Positions 43,363-55,063 of a DNA stretch of 64,000 nucleotides are shown piece by piece (position 1 is the stretch's first letter; the number at the start of each line of letters is the position of its first letter). The position numbers were made by a program, and so were the translations under genes. Below the pieces are notes generated by a model. The model saw only the letters and a program-made list of their open reading frames with translations, did not search any database and was not told the origin of the DNA. Location: positions 64,001-128,000 of the forward strand of contig CAVYBH010000008.1 in NCBI GenBank assembly GCA_963766715.1, in the 5' to 3' direction. Source of the stretch: an uncultured delta proteobacterium (GTDB taxonomy: Bacteria; Myxococcota; Myxococcia; Myxococcales; Anaeromyxobacteraceae).

Positions 43363-44597
43363 AGCGCGTCGACGTCCCCGCCCGGCTCTGGTACGACAAC
43401 ACGGATCGTGAACTGACCTTCCCGGATCGCTGGGAGGTCTCGGACCTGGCCTCTCCCGGCATGGGCAAGCCGGGGCTCACCCCGGAGGAGATCCGCGCGC
43501 GGCTGGAGCGCCCGGTCGCGGGCCCGACGCTTCTCGACCTCGCCCGGGGCAAGCAGCAGGCGGTCGTCGTCTTCGACGACATGACGCGCCCGACCCCGGT
43601 GAAGGACGTGGCGCCCCACGTCCTCGAGACCCTGCACGAGGCGGGCCTGCGGGACGACCAGATCCGCTTCCTCTGGGCGCTCGGCTCCCACGCCGCCTAC
43701 GACATGATCGCCGCCCGGAAGAAGCTCGGCGACGCCATCGTGGAGCGGTACGCCGTGTACAACCACGACCCCTTCCAGAACACGGTCCGGGTCGGCGCGA
43801 CGCCGTCGGGCCTGGAGATCTGGCTCAACCGCGAGTACATGGCCTGCGACCTGCGGATCGGGATCGGCTGCGTGACGGCGCACGTCCACGCCGGGTACGG
43901 CGGCGGGGCCAAGCTGATCATGCCCGGGGTCGCGGGGCTCGAGACCATCGGCCAGTTCCACGACCTGTTCCGCAAGAACGCCGCCCGGACCGGCCTGGGC
44001 AGGTTCGAGGGCAACGTGATGCGGGCCGAGATCGACGCCGCGGGCGACCTCTCCGGGCTCGACTTCAAGGTCGACTGCCTGGTGAACCGCCGCGGGCAGA
44101 TCGCGAGCCTCCATGCCGGGCGCTTCCGGGCCACGCACGCCGCGGGCGCCGAGGAGGGCAAGGTCCACTACGGCATCCCGGCCTCGGGCGTCTACGACGT
44201 CGCGGTGTGCAACACCTACGGCAAGGCCAACGAGTCGGCCATCGCGCTCGCCATCGCCATCCGGCTCCTCCGGCCGGGCGCGCAGGGCACCGGCGTGATC
44301 ATCATGGACGCGCCCGAGGGGCAGGTCGCGCACCACGTCATGCGGGCCTGGGGGACCGGATACGGCGGGCGGCATTACACCCCGAGGGAACCCGGGTTCA
44401 TCCGGCGGTTCATGAAGCGGCTCATCGTGCTGAACCCGTACCCGGACCGCACCTGCCTGGACCTCGTCTGCCACCCGGACGACGCGGTGGTCGTGAAGAC
44501 CTGGCCGGAGGTGCTGCGCCTGCTCGAGGAGGACTTCCCGGGCCCGGCCAGGGTGGGCGTCGTCCAGGACGGAACGATGGAGTACGTGAGGGCGTAG
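43359..44597 (+). CDS. LarA-superfamily (DUF2088) nickel-pincer racemase/epimerase
   Basis: FDDMTRPT, ALGSH, NHDP, HVHAGYGGGAKLIMPGVAG and IGQFH. Intact 412-aa ORF. Confidence 0.85.
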   Translation: MKRVDVPARLWYDNTDRELTFPDRWEVSDLASPGMGKPGLTPEEIRARLERPVAGPTLLDLARGKQQAVVVFDDMTRPTPVKDVAPHVLETLHEAGLRDDQIRFLWALGSHAAYDMIAARKKLGDAIVERYAVYNHDPFQNTVRVGATPSGLEIWLNREYMACDLRIGIGCVTAHVHAGYGGGAKLIMPGVAGLETIGQFHDLFRKNAARTGLGRFEGNVMRAEIDAAGDLSGLDFKVDCLVNRRGQIASLHAGRFRATHAAGAEEGKVHYGIPASGVYDVAVCNTYGKANESAIALAIAIRLLRPGAQGTGVIIMDAPEGQVAHHVMRAWGTGYGGRHYTPREPGFIRRFMKRLIVLNPYPDRTCLDLVCHPDDAVVVKTWPEVLRLLEEDFPGPARVGVVQDGTMEYVRA

Positions 44598-44683
44598 CTC
44601 GCCCGAAACGATCGCTTCGCCCCTCCCGGAGGCGAGCGAATTTTCCCGTCGCGCCGTCCCGGCCGGCCCGCTATGGCCGGAGC

Positions 44684-45385
44684 GTGCGCGTCCGTGTCGG
44701 CACGAGCGGCTTCTCGTACCCGGAGTGGAGGGGAGGCTTCTACCCCGAGGGCCTCCCTGCCGGGCGGATGCTCGGCTACTACGCCGAGCGGCTGCCGGCC
44801 GTCGAGGTGAACAACACCTTCTACCGGCTGCCGTCGGCGAGGGTGCTCGCCACCTGGAGGGCGCAGGTGCCGCCGGACTTCCGCTTCGCCATCAAGGCGT
44901 CGCAGCGCATCACGCACCGCGCCCGCCTCCGGGACGTCGCCGAGCCGGTGGGCTACCTCTACCGGACGGTCGCCGAGCTCGGCCCCACGCTCGGGCCGTG
45001 CCTGTACCAGCTGCCCCCGCAGCTCCGGAAGGACCTGCCCCGGCTCTCCGCCTTCCTCGATCTCCTCCCCGCCGGCGGGCGAGCCGCCATCGAGTTCCGC
45101 CATCCCTCCTGGTTCTCGGACGACGTGTTCGAGGCCCTGCGCGCGCGCGGCGCGGCGCTCTGCATCGCCGAGTCCCAGGACCTCGAGACGCCGGTGGTGG
45201 CGACCGCCCGGTGGGGATACCTCCGGCTCCACAAGGCGGGCTACGACGGCGGCGCGCTCACCGCCTGGGCGGAGCGGATCCTGGAACAACCCTGGGAGGA
45301 GGTCTTCGCGTTCTTCCAGCACGAGGAGATCGAGGGGCCACGCCTCGCCGCCGCGCTGTCGGCGCTCGTCGAGGCGCGCCCCTGA
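44684..45385 (+). CDS. DUF72 (YecE-like) protein
   Basis: VGTSGFSYPEWRGGFYP, VEVNNTFYRLP, FAIKASQRITH, EFRHPSW and YLRLH. Confidence 0.92.
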   Translation: MRVRVGTSGFSYPEWRGGFYPEGLPAGRMLGYYAERLPAVEVNNTFYRLPSARVLATWRAQVPPDFRFAIKASQRITHRARLRDVAEPVGYLYRTVAELGPTLGPCLYQLPPQLRKDLPRLSAFLDLLPAGGRAAIEFRHPSWFSDDVFEALRARGAALCIAESQDLETPVVATARWGYLRLHKAGYDGGALTAWAERILEQPWEEVFAFFQHEEIEGPRLAAALSALVEARP

Positions 45386-46880
45386 GGGAGGGACGGGCCG
45401 CGCCCCTGGCGGCGAGCAGCCCCTCGAGCCTCCGGTCGAGGCCGTAGATGTCCTCGAAGAACGACTCGGTCCCGTCGGGGTCCGCCGAGGCCGTGGCGTA
45501 GACCACCGCGACGTCAATCGGCTCCGCCAGCCGCACGGTGGTGGAGTGGGTGTGCCCGATGGCGGTCTCGATGCGCTCCCGGTCCCAGCCGTCCTGGTCC
45601 CGCAGGACCCAGTCGGCCAGCTCGGTCGGCTGCTCGAGCCGGACGCACCCGTGGCTCCGGTCCCGCCGCGGCTTCTCGAACAGCCGCTGGTGCGGGGTGC
45701 CGTGGAGCCCGATGCAGGCCGGGTTCGGCACCACGAACTTCACCAGGCCCAGGTCGTTGCGGGGGCCGGGACGTTGCCGGATGGTGAGCTTGCCCCGGGC
45801 GACGGCCTCGAGATTGGCCTCGTCCGGCTCGAGGGCCGGTGCGTCGTCGCCCCCGCTCGCCACGATCTCCATGCCGTGCGCGGCCAGCCACTCCGGCTTC
45901 TCCTGGACCTTCGGCAGGATCTCCTCCCGGACGATGGGCATGGGCGGGACCCACCAGGGCCGGAAGACGACCCCGGTGATCCGGGACGCCATCATGGGGG
46001 TCTCGTGCTGCGGCGCCGCGCCCACCACGAGCCGCATGGTCAGGACCGGCTTCCCCTCCTCGAAGGCCCAGAGCCGGGCGCGGGGCACCTCGACGAAGAC
46101 GAGGCGCCGCCCGGGCGCGGGGAACCAGCGCAGGCGCTCCATCGCCAGCTCGATCTGCTTCACTCTCAGTGAAGCAGGCGCGTTCAGCGCCGCCACCGTC
46201 CGGGCGCCGGGGACGCCGTCGGCCTCGACCCCGTGCCGCGCCTGGAAGCGCCGGAGCACCTCGACGAGCGGAGGATGGCCGGGCTCGTCCTGCGCGCCGG
46301 GTTCCCCGAGCCAGGCCAGCCGCGCGCGGAGGGCGGGGGCGCCCTCCCAGGCCTCCAGGTCCCACTCCTTCGGCGACTTCACCTTGGGTGCGGCAGGGAC
46401 CGGGGGCGGCTCGGGCGACGCGGCCCGGGCCCGCCAGCGAGCCAGGGCGGCGCGCAGCGGGGCGTAGGCGGGAAGCCGGGGCTCGAGGGAAACCGCCACG
46501 CGGCGGAGGTCCTCGCCCGCGAGCACCGCGCCCACCGGCCCGTCCAGGCTGGAGGGCGAGCTCGCCTCGTCGACGAGAACCCCTCGATCGGCGGCCGCGA
46601 CGCGTCCTCCCTGCAGGTCGCGGAGGAAGCGCCGGACGGCGCGCTCCACCTCGGCGCTCGCGCGGGCCCGCTCCTCGTCGCCCTGCGCCGCCGCCAGCCG
46701 GGTCGCGAGTCCGGTGGCGTCGTAGTCGGCGGGGTCGAGCCCCTGCTCCTGCGCATCGGCCAGGACGCGCACGGCGGCGGCCAGCGGGTCTGCGTGCGCC
46801 GTCCGGTCCGCCGGCTGCGCGGCGATCGCGGCGGCCAGCAGCACGAAGAGGACGCGCTCGGCGATCTGGAGCATCTCCAT
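45258..46880 (-). CDS. YcbB/LdtD-like L,D-transpeptidase with scaffold and peptidoglycan-binding domains
   Basis: Signal peptide, QGLDPADY, FQARHGVEADG, RQRPGPRNDLGLVKF and LHGTP...SHGCVRL. The 3' end as read overlaps the DUF72 gene. Confidence 0.9.
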   Translation of the reverse strand: MEMLQIAERVLFVLLAAAIAAQPADRTAHADPLAAAVRVLADAQEQGLDPADYDATGLATRLAAAQGDEERARASAEVERAVRRFLRDLQGGRVAAADRGVLVDEASSPSSLDGPVGAVLAGEDLRRVAVSLEPRLPAYAPLRAALARWRARAASPEPPPVPAAPKVKSPKEWDLEAWEGAPALRARLAWLGEPGAQDEPGHPPLVEVLRRFQARHGVEADGVPGARTVAALNAPASLRVKQIELAMERLRWFPAPGRRLVFVEVPRARLWAFEEGKPVLTMRLVVGAAPQHETPMMASRITGVVFRPWWVPPMPIVREEILPKVQEKPEWLAAHGMEIVASGGDDAPALEPDEANLEAVARGKLTIRQRPGPRNDLGLVKFVVPNPACIGLHGTPHQRLFEKPRRDRSHGCVRLEQPTELADWVLRDQDGWDRERIETAIGHTHSTTVRLAEPIDVAVVYATASADPDGTESFFEDIYGLDRRLEGLLAARGAARPSLRGAPRRAPTARRRGVAPRSPRAGRTRRPPPRVVPGSAPPRR

Positions 46881-46947
46881 CCTCCGGGGGAGGACCGCCG
46901 CGACCCCACCGCCACCCGTTGCGCTCGCGCCATTCATCCCTAAACTG

Positions 46948-47538
46948 ATGCTACCCCTCGTGACCGACGACCGCTCCCCCATCTCCCCGCCCCACCCGGA
47001 CGGGCTCACCCGACGCCGGTTCCTCGGCGGCCTCGCGGCGCTGGGCGGCGCGTTGCTCCTGCCCTCCCCCGTCCTGGCGGCGTTCCCGCAGCGCGGCGAG
47101 CGGCGCCTGTCGTTCGTCCACACCCACACCGGCGAGCGGTTCGCCACCACCTACTGGGGCGACGGCAACTACCTCGAGCGGGAGCTCGGTCGCGTCGACG
47201 ACTTCCTGCGCGACTTCCGGACCGGCGAGCGCCACCCCATCGACCCGGCCCTCCTCGACCAGCTCCACGAACTCGCGCTCGCCACCGGGACCACCGCGCC
47301 TTTCCAGGTGATCAGCGGCTACCGCTCGCCCGCCACGAACGCCGCGCTGCGCGCCGTCCGGGGCGGCCAGGCGAGCCACAGCCTCCACATGCGCGGCCAG
47401 GCCATCGACGTGCGGCTCGCCGACGTCTCGAGCGCCTTCATCCGCGACGCGGCGCTCGACCTCGGCCGGGGCGGCGTGGGGTTCTACCCGGGCGAGGACT
47501 TCGTCCACATCGACACGGGCCGCGTCCGGCGCTGGTAG
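46948..47538 (+). CDS. YcbK/DUF882 peptidase M15 family Tat-exported protein
   Basis: TRRRFL Tat motif, HTHTGE, ISGYRSP.TN, SLHMRGQAID and FVHIDTGRVRRW. Confidence 0.93.
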   Translation: MLPLVTDDRSPISPPHPDGLTRRRFLGGLAALGGALLLPSPVLAAFPQRGERRLSFVHTHTGERFATTYWGDGNYLERELGRVDDFLRDFRTGERHPIDPALLDQLHELALATGTTAPFQVISGYRSPATNAALRAVRGGQASHSLHMRGQAIDVRLADVSSAFIRDAALDLGRGGVGFYPGEDFVHIDTGRVRRW

Positions 47539-47662
47539 CGCCGGTCGGGCCGCAGGGCCCGCGATCCCGGACGGGGTCGCACAGGACCAGGACGGGGCGC
47601 CTCCGCGGAGGCAGGGAATCCGTCCGGAACGGTGAGAGGATCTCCGCCGGGGGGGTTGCTCG

Positions 47663-48350
47663 TTGGTCCACGACCTTCGCGAGCTGCGAGAGCGCGTCCA
47701 GCGTCTTCCGGGACCGGCATCACGCCGGCGAGGTCCTGGCCGGCATGCTCGAAGGCAGGCTGCCGGCCGGAAGCCGGATCCTGGCCATCCCGGCGGGCGG
47801 CGTGCCCGTGGCCGCCGCGATCGCGAGCGCGCTCGGCCTCCCGCTCGACGTCGCGGTGGTGAGCAAGGTGACCCCGTCGTGGAACACCGAGGTCGGCTAC
47901 GGGGCGGTGGCCTTCGACGGCCGCGTGCGCATCGACGCGCGCAGGCAGGCCGCGCTGGGCGTGGACGAGGCGGACCGGAAGCGCGACGTCGACCGGGCCT
48001 TGGCCAAGGTTCGACGCCGGGTGAGGATCCTCCGCGCCGGACGGGGAACGCTCGTCCCTCCCGGCGACACCGTGATCCTCGTCGACGACGGTCTCGCCTC
48101 CGGCATCACGCTCGCCACCGCCGTCGAGGCCGTCCGCGCCGCGGGCGCGGGCCAGGTCATCGTGGCCATCCCCACCGGTCACGAGGACGCGATCGTCCGC
48201 ATCGCCGGGATCGCGGACCAGGTCCACTGCGCGAACGTGCGCTCCGGCCGGACGTTCGCGGTGGCGGACGCCTACCAGGCCTGGATGGATCTCGACGATG
48301 CCGCGGTCCTGAAGGCCCTGGGGATGCCGGAGGGAGAGGTCGCGCAGTAG
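47663..48350 (+). CDS. Phosphoribosyltransferase-like protein (frameshift near the start)
   Basis: FRDRHHAG, LAIPAGGVPVA and VILVDDGLASGIT (PRPP-binding loop). Confidence 0.88.
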
Positions 48351-48392
48351 GACGCCGAGGTCGTGCCGTCGTCGGGTGGCGAAGGAGACCGA

Positions 48393-50801
48393 ATGCCCAA
48401 CCTCCCGCTTCCTCCGGATGCCCTGCGGCACCGGTGCGAGCTCTCGGCCCTTCCCTTCCAGACCACCGCCGAGCTCGAGCCGCTCGACGGCCCCTTCGAG
48501 CAGGCACGCGCCGCCGAGGCGCTCGCCTTCGGCGCCTCGATGCGCTCGGAGGGCTACCACGTCTACGCGCTCGGACCGCCCGGCGTCGGCAAGCACAGGC
48601 TGGTCGCCCAGGTCCTCGCCGAGCAGGCGCCGCGCGCGCCGGTTCCCTCCGACTGGTGCTACGTCCACGACTTCTCGGCCCCGCAGCGGCCGAGGCGCCT
48701 GGAGCTGCCGGCCGGCGCCGGCGTCCGGCTGCAGCGCGACATGGAAGCCCTGGTCGAGGAGCTCCGCGCGGCCGTTCCCGCGGCCTTCGAGAGCGAGGAG
48801 TACCGCAACCGGCTGCAGGCGCTGCACAAGGAGATGGAGCAGCAGCGCGAGGCGGCGCTGGCCGCGCTGTCGGAGAAGGCCCGCGCCCGCGGCGTCGCGC
48901 TGGTCCGCACGCCCGTGGGCTTCGCGGTCGCGCCCTTGAAGGAGGGGCAGGTCGTCGACCCCGAGGAGTTCCACAAGCTGCCCGCGGCGGAGCAGGACCG
49001 GATCCGCGTGGACCTCGAGGCCGTGCAGGAGGCCCTCGGCGAGGTCGTCCGGGACTTCCCGGCCCAGGACCGCAAGCACCGCGAGCAGGTGAAGACGATG
49101 AATCGCGAGGTCGCCCTGGGCGTGGCGGGCCACCTGGTGGACGAGGTCCGGAACCGCTGGGCCGAGCTGCCCCAGGTGGCGACCTATCTCCAGGAGGTCG
49201 GGCGGGACGTGGTCGAGAACGTGCACGAGTTCCTGGCCAGCCCCGAGAGCGGGGAGGACGGCCTGGCGCCGCAGATCCGCAAGCTCCTCGCCGAGGGCCC
49301 GGCGCTCCGCCGCTACGCGATCAACGTCCTGGTGGACCGGACCGGCCTCTCCGGGGCACCGGTGGTGTACGAGGACCTCCCCTCCCACGCGGGGCTGGTC
49401 GGCCGGATCGAGCACCGGGCGCACTTCGGCGCGCTCTGGACCGATTTCACGCTGGTCCGCGCCGGCGCCCTCCATCGCGCCAACGGCGGCTACCTGGTCG
49501 TCGACGTCCGCCGGCTCCTCGCGCAGCCGTTCGCCTGGGAGGACCTCAAGCGGGCGCTTCGGTCCGGCCAGATCCGCATCGACCCGCCCGAGCGCCTCCT
49601 CGGCCTCTCGGGCGTCGCCGCCCTGGAACCGGAGCCCATCCCGCTGGTCGTGAAGGTGGTCCTGGTCGGGGATCGGCTCCTCCACCTGCTCCTGTCCGAG
49701 CTCGACCCGGAGTTCTCGGGCCTCTTCAAGGTCACCGCCGACTTCGAGGAGCAGGCACCGCGCGCCGAGGGCGGCGAGCTTCGCCTCGCCCGCCTCGTGA
49801 CCGGCATCGTGCGCGACGAGCAGCTGCGTCCGCTCGACCGGGAGGCCGTCGCGCGCGATCGTCGAGCAGGCGTCGCGCCTGGCCGAGGACGGCGAGAAGC
49901 TGACCACCCGGGTGCGCGACATCGCCGACCTGGTCCGCGAGTCGGACCACGCGGCCGGCCAGGCGCAGCGACCGGTCGTGGGCGGAGCCGACGTGCAGGC
50001 CGCGCTCGACGCGGCCGAGCGTCGCCAGGACCGGACCCGGCGGCTCACCCGAGCAAGCCATCGCCGAGGGCACGCTGCTCGTGGACACGACGGGTGCGCA
50101 GTGGGCCAGGTGAACGGCCTCTCCGTCGACGAGCACGGACGGTTCACCTTCGGCCGGCCGAGCCGCATCACCGCGCGCGTCCGCCTGGGACGCGGGAGAG
50201 GTCGTGGACATCGAGCGGGAGGTCGAGCTGGGGGGACCCATCCACTCGAAGGGGGTCCTCATCCTGGCGGGCTTCCTCGGCGCCCGCTTCGCTCCCGACT
50301 GTCCGCTGTCCTTGCGGGCCAGCCTCGTCTTCGAGCAGTCGTACGGCGGGGTCGAGGGGGACAGCGCCTCCTCGGCCGAGCTCTACGCCTTGCTCTCGGC
50401 GCTCTCCGGGCTCCCCATCCGCCAGGGGATCGCGGTGACCGGGTCGGTGAACCAGCACGGCCGCGTCCAGGCCATCGGGGGCGTGAACGAGAAGGTGGAG
50501 GGCTTCTTCGACGTCTGCCGCGCGCGCGGGCTCGACGGGTCCGCAGGGCGTGATCGTGCCCGCCGCCAACCGTCGTCACCTCGTGCTCCGATTGGACGTG
50601 GTGGACGCCGCGCGCGAGGGGCGGTTCCACGTCTGGGCGGTCGAGACGACGGACGAGGGGATCGAGCTGCTGACCGGAGTGCCGGCCGGCGAGCAGCTCC
50701 CGGACGGCACGTGGCCCGCGGGAAGCGTGAACGCCCTCGTCGATGCGAGGCTCCGGGCGCTGGCGGAGGCGAGCCGGGTTCTGCTGGGAGGCGCGCCCTG
50801 A
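48393..50801 (+). CDS. Lon-family protease (AAA_32 + Lon_C, LonC/LonB type; frameshifted)
   Basis: [57 protein letters not shown] (Ser) and [11 protein letters not shown] (Lys). Confidence 0.92.
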
Positions 50802-50825
50802 CGGCGGGCGTGATTGGCCGCGCGG

Positions 50826-52523
50826 TCACCGCAGGCCGACGATCCTCCCGTCCGGCCCGACGTCGATCTCCTCCGCGGCCGGCCGCTCGGGGAGCCCGGG
50901 CATGAGCACCACCTCTCCGGTGAGCCCGGTGACGTAGCCCGCGCCCGCGTAGAGCCTCACCTCCCGGACCGGGAGCCTGTAGCCCACCGGGTTCGGGCCG
51001 AGCAGCGGGTCGTGGGAGAAGGAGAACGGCGTCTTCGCCATGCAGACCGGCAGGCCGCCGTGGCCCAGCGCGGTCAGCTCCTCCAGCTGCTCCGCGGCCG
51101 GCCGCGAGAAATCGACGCCGTCGGCGCGGTAGATGCGGCGCGCCACGGTCTCGATCTTCTCCCGCAGCGGGAGCTCGTCGGGGTAGAGCAGGCGGAATCG
51201 GCCCGGCGCCTCCGAGGCGGCGGCGCGGACCGCCCGGGCCAGGTCCAGCGCCCCGTCTCCTCCCTCCGCGAAGTGGCGGGCGACGACGGCCTCGCGTGCT
51301 CCGGCGGCGAGCGCCGCCTCCAGCACCAGGGCCTGCTCGTCGGAGCGGTCCCCGGGGTGCGCGTTCACGGCCACGACCACCGGCACGCCGAAGGCGAGCA
51401 CGTTCCCCACCTGGAGCCGCAGGTTCTCCACGCCCCTCCGGACGGCGTCGACGTCCGGCGTCGCGATGGCCTCGTCGCGCGCCCTTCCCGAGAGCCCCCG
51501 GCCTGCCCCCCCGTGCTGCCGGAGCGCGCGCACCGTGGCGACGAGCACCGCCGCGGCCGGCCGGAGCCCGCTCTGCCGGCACTTGAGATCGAAGAACTTC
51601 TCCGCGCCCAGATCGGCGCCGAAGCCGGCCTCGGTCACCACGATCTCGGCGCAGCGGAGCCCCAGCCGGTCGGCGACGACCGAGCTCGTTCCCTGCGCGA
51701 TGTTGCCGAAGGGACCGGTGTGGACGAGCACCGGCGAGCCCTCCAGCGTCTGCATGAGGTTGGGCTTCACGGCGTCGACGAGGAGCGCCGCCATCGCCCC
51801 GGGGGTCTTCAGGCTCTCCAGCGACACCGGGGACCCCTGCCGATCCCGGGCCACCACGATCCTCCCGAGCCGGAGCCGGAGATCCGCGAGGTCGCCGGAG
51901 AGCGAGAGCACCGCCATGACCTCCGAGGCCGCCGTGATGATCCACTCCGCGGCGCGCACCGGGCCGTTCGCCCGGCCGCCGAGCCCGATCACCGCGCTCC
52001 GCAGCGCGCGGTCGTCCGCGTCCACGACCCGTGGCCAGGCCACCGAGCCCGGCTCGATGCCGAGCCGGTTGCCGTGGTTCAGGTGGTTGTCGAGCATCGC
52101 CGCGGCGAGGTTGTGGGCGGCCGCCACCGCGTGGAAGTCCCCGGTGAGGTGGAGGTCGAACGTCTCCATGGGGACGACCTGCGCCCGGCCGCCCCCGTTC
52201 CCTCCCCCCTTCTTGCCGAACAGGGGACCGAGGCTGGGCTGGCGCACCGTGAGGACCGCGCGCGTCCCCAGGCGGCGGAGCGCGTCCACCACCCCGATCG
52301 CGGTCGTGGTCTTCCCCTCTCCGTGGGCGGTCGGGGTGATGGCCGTGACGACGACGAGGCGCCCCTCCGGCGCGTCGCCGAGCCGCTTCAGGGCGGATGG
52401 ATCGATCTTCGCAGCGTGCCGCCCCCACGGCTCGAGCTCCCCGGGACGCAGCCCGAGCTCCGCGGCCACGTCGACCAGGGGACGGAGCACCGCCTGCTGC
52501 GCGATCTCGAGCGAGGTGGCCAT
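50826..52523 (-). CDS. fhs: Formate--tetrahydrofolate ligase
   Basis: [67 protein letters not shown] and MPGLP. Confidence 0.96.
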   Translation of the reverse strand: MATSLEIAQQAVLRPLVDVAAELGLRPGELEPWGRHAAKIDPSALKRLGDAPEGRLVVVTAITPTAHGEGKTTTAIGVVDALRRLGTRAVLTVRQPSLGPLFGKKGGGNGGGRAQVVPMETFDLHLTGDFHAVAAAHNLAAAMLDNHLNHGNRLGIEPGSVAWPRVVDADDRALRSAVIGLGGRANGPVRAAEWIITAASEVMAVLSLSGDLADLRLRLGRIVVARDRQGSPVSLESLKTPGAMAALLVDAVKPNLMQTLEGSPVLVHTGPFGNIAQGTSSVVADRLGLRCAEIVVTEAGFGADLGAEKFFDLKCRQSGLRPAAAVLVATVRALRQHGGAGRGLSGRARDEAIATPDVDAVRRGVENLRLQVGNVLAFGVPVVVAVNAHPGDRSDEQALVLEAALAAGAREAVVARHFAEGGDGALDLARAVRAAASEAPGRFRLLYPDELPLREKIETVARRIYRADGVDFSRPAAEQLEELTALGHGGLPVCMAKTPFSFSHDPLLGPNPVGYRLPVREVRLYAGAGYVTGLTGEVVLMPGLPERPAAEEIDVGPDGRIVGLR

Positions 52524-52625
52524 GGACCGAGGGTACCGCCGGACGGCGCCGGGGGATCGCCCCTCAGGGGCCGTCCCGCAGAGGTCGGATTGGCCTGCGC
52601 CCTCTACGAGCCTTCCGGGCGTAGC

Positions 52626-54491
52626 ATGGCCTGGGGGTTGCCGTGGCGAGAGGCTGGAGTGGCTTCGCCGGTGGGTCTGGTACCTCGTCCTCCTCGGCTG
52701 GGCGGGGTTCGTCGTGTACGCGCTGCTGGGCGAGCCGGGCCAGGTCGGCCCGCTCCGTACACCGACTTCAAGGCCGCCGTGGTCGAGCACCGCGTGGTCG
52801 AGGCCGCGGTGTCGCCGACCGAGATCCGCGGTCGCCTCCGCCTCGCCTCCGCCGCCGATCCCGTGCCCTTCGCCACGGTCCGGGTGGACGACCGGGAGCG
52901 GCTGCGGACCCTGATGGATGCGGGGGTGAAGGTCTCCGGGGTGGTCGATCGCGCGCCTGGTGGAGCTCCCTCGTGTGGATGGTGCCGCTCCTCGTCTCGG
53001 CGATGCTGCGCTGGCCGCTGCTGCGGCGGGGCGGAGGCGGCGCACAGGGGCTCTTCGCCGCGGGACGCAGCCGCCCTCGCGTCTACGTGGAGACCCGGAT
53101 CGAGACCACCTTCGCGGACGTGGCCGGCGTCGACGAGGCCAAGGAGGAGCTGAAGGAGGTCGTCGACTTCCTGAAGACCCCGGAGAAGTTCCGCCGGCTC
53201 GGCGGCAGGATCCCGAAGGGCGTCCTGCTGGTCGGGCCGCCCGGGACCGGGCAAGACGCTGCTGGCCCGGGCCGTGGCCGGCGAGGCCGGGGTCCCGTTC
53301 TTCTCAGCATCACCGGCTCGGAGTTCGTGGAGATGTTCGTCGGCGTGGGCGCGGCCCGGGTCCGCGACCTCTTCGAGCAGGCCCGGGCCAAGCGCGCCCT
53401 GCATCATCTTCATCGACGAGCTGGACGCGCTCGGGCAAGGCGCGGGGGCTCGGCCCGATGGCGGCCACGAGGAGCGCGAGCAGACCCTGAACCAGCTGCT
53501 CGCCGAGATGGACGGCTTCGACCCGCGCAACGGCGTCATCCTCATGGCGCGCGACCAACCGCCCGGAGATCCTGGATCCGGCGCTGCTGCGCGCCGGGCC
53601 GCTTCGACCGGCAGGTGCTCGTGGATCGGCCCGGACATGATCGGCCGCGCTCGCGATCCTGCGGATCCACTCGCGAAGCGTGAAGCTCGACGCCCGACGT
53701 CGGACCTGCGAGGTGATCGCCGGGATGACCGCCGGGCTTCGTCGGCGCGGACCTCGCGAACATCGTCAACGAGGCGGCGCTGCTGGCCGTGCGCCGCGAG
53801 GCCGAGGACGGTGGCGCTGCGCGGACTTCGAGGAGGCCATCGAGCGGGTCGTGGCCGGCCTGGAGAAGAAGAACCGGGTGCTCAACCGCGATGGAGAAGG
53901 AGCTGGTGGCGCTACCACGAGGTGGGCCACGCGCTGGTGGCGCATCTCGCTGCCCGGCGCAGGACCCGGTCCAGAAGATCTCGATCATCCCGCGCGGGAT
54001 CGCGGCGCTCGGGCTACACGCTCCAGCTCCCGACCGAGGACCGCTACCTGATGACGAAGCAGGAGCTCGAGGACAAGATCTGCCGTCCTGCTGGGCGGCC
54101 GCGTGGCCGAGGAGGTCGTGCTTCGGCGACGTCTCGACCGGCGCCCAGGACGACCTCCGCAAGGCGACCGACATCGCGCGCAGCATGGTGCGCGCCTACG
54201 GCATGAGCGGGGTGCTGGGACCGCTCCCTTCGAGCGGGGCGGCGGCCGCTCTTCCTCGGCGCTGGCGAGTCGCGGGGCCGGGCGACGTCTCCGAGGACGG
54301 TGATGCGCCAGATTGACGAGGAGGTCCGGCGTATGGTGGAAGCGCAGCACGAGCGGGCCCGGCGGACGATCGAGGAGCGGAGCGCGCTTCTGCGGGAGGC
54401 CGCACGCGCTTTGCTGGAGCGGGAGATGCTCTCCGGGGAGGAATTGCGGGAGATTCGACCCGGATCCGGTGTAGCCTCCCCACCGGCATGA
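52626..54491 (+). CDS. ftsH: ATP-dependent Zn metalloprotease FtsH (many frameshifts)
   Basis: Two TM segments, [55 protein letters not shown] and STGAQDDL. Confidence 0.92.
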
Positions 54492-55048
54492 AGAAGACCC
54501 TGGCCCTGATTGCGTGCACGCTCCTCGTCCTGGGGTGCTCGAGCGCGACGCCGATCCGGACCCTCTCCTGGAAGCCGCCGCCCGAGGCGGCAGGGTGCAG
54601 CGAGGCCGCTCCCTGCGAGAACGTGAAGCGCTGGTTCGCCTTCGAGGGCCGGTCGGCGGGGGACTCGGCGGCCTGCCACCCGGTGGCCCAGAAGGGAACC
54701 GAGGAGGCCTGCGCCCGGGCCGACGAGGCGTACGCCCGGACCCACCAGAACTACCTCGAGTACGTGGCTGGCCTCTGCGGCGACTCGGTCGGGGTCCCGG
54801 GCCGGGCGGTGTTCCCCTACGTGGGCGTGCCCGACAACGACAAGCAGATCACCTGCGGCGGGAAGGGGGGCATCCCGGCCTTCCCCTGCCGCGTGTGGGA
54901 ATGGACCTGGGCCACCGCCACGCGCGGGGGCGCGTTCCTCGTCTTCCTGGTCCAGCCGGCCGGCGGTCCGCCCGGGGAATGGGTGCTCAACAGCTGCTCC
55001 TACTGCGAGCCGGGCACACCCTGCCGCGACGTGCCCTTCCGCCCCTGA
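54488..55048 (+). CDS. Cysteine-rich hypothetical lipoprotein
   Basis: [17 protein letters not shown] lipobox followed by ten further Cys. ATGA overlap with ftsH. Confidence 0.75.
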   Translation: MKKTLALIACTLLVLGCSSATPIRTLSWKPPPEAAGCSEAAPCENVKRWFAFEGRSAGDSAACHPVAQKGTEEACARADEAYARTHQNYLEYVAGLCGDSVGVPGRAVFPYVGVPDNDKQITCGGKGGIPAFPCRVWEWTWATATRGGAFLVFLVQPAGGPPGEWVLNSCSYCEPGTPCRDVPFRP

Positions 55049-55063
55049 GCCGCCGAGGCCTCC

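Noticed and set aside
40577..43582. 1001-aa ORF suggesting a deacetylase-GT4 fusion
   Set aside because: A frameshift near 41880 bypasses the deacetylase stop at 41782-41784, which overlaps a TTG start. The N-terminal part is antisense to the thioesterase and LarA-like genes.
45258..47538. Divergent L,D-transpeptidase and YcbK pair
   Set aside because: The YcbB-YcbK linkage is well known, and the orientation difference alone is unremarkable.
52626..54491. ftsH as a pseudogene or programmed-frameshift gene
   Set aside because: All catalytic motifs are intact and no slippery sites are evident. Locally poor consensus quality is the simpler explanation, although unproven.
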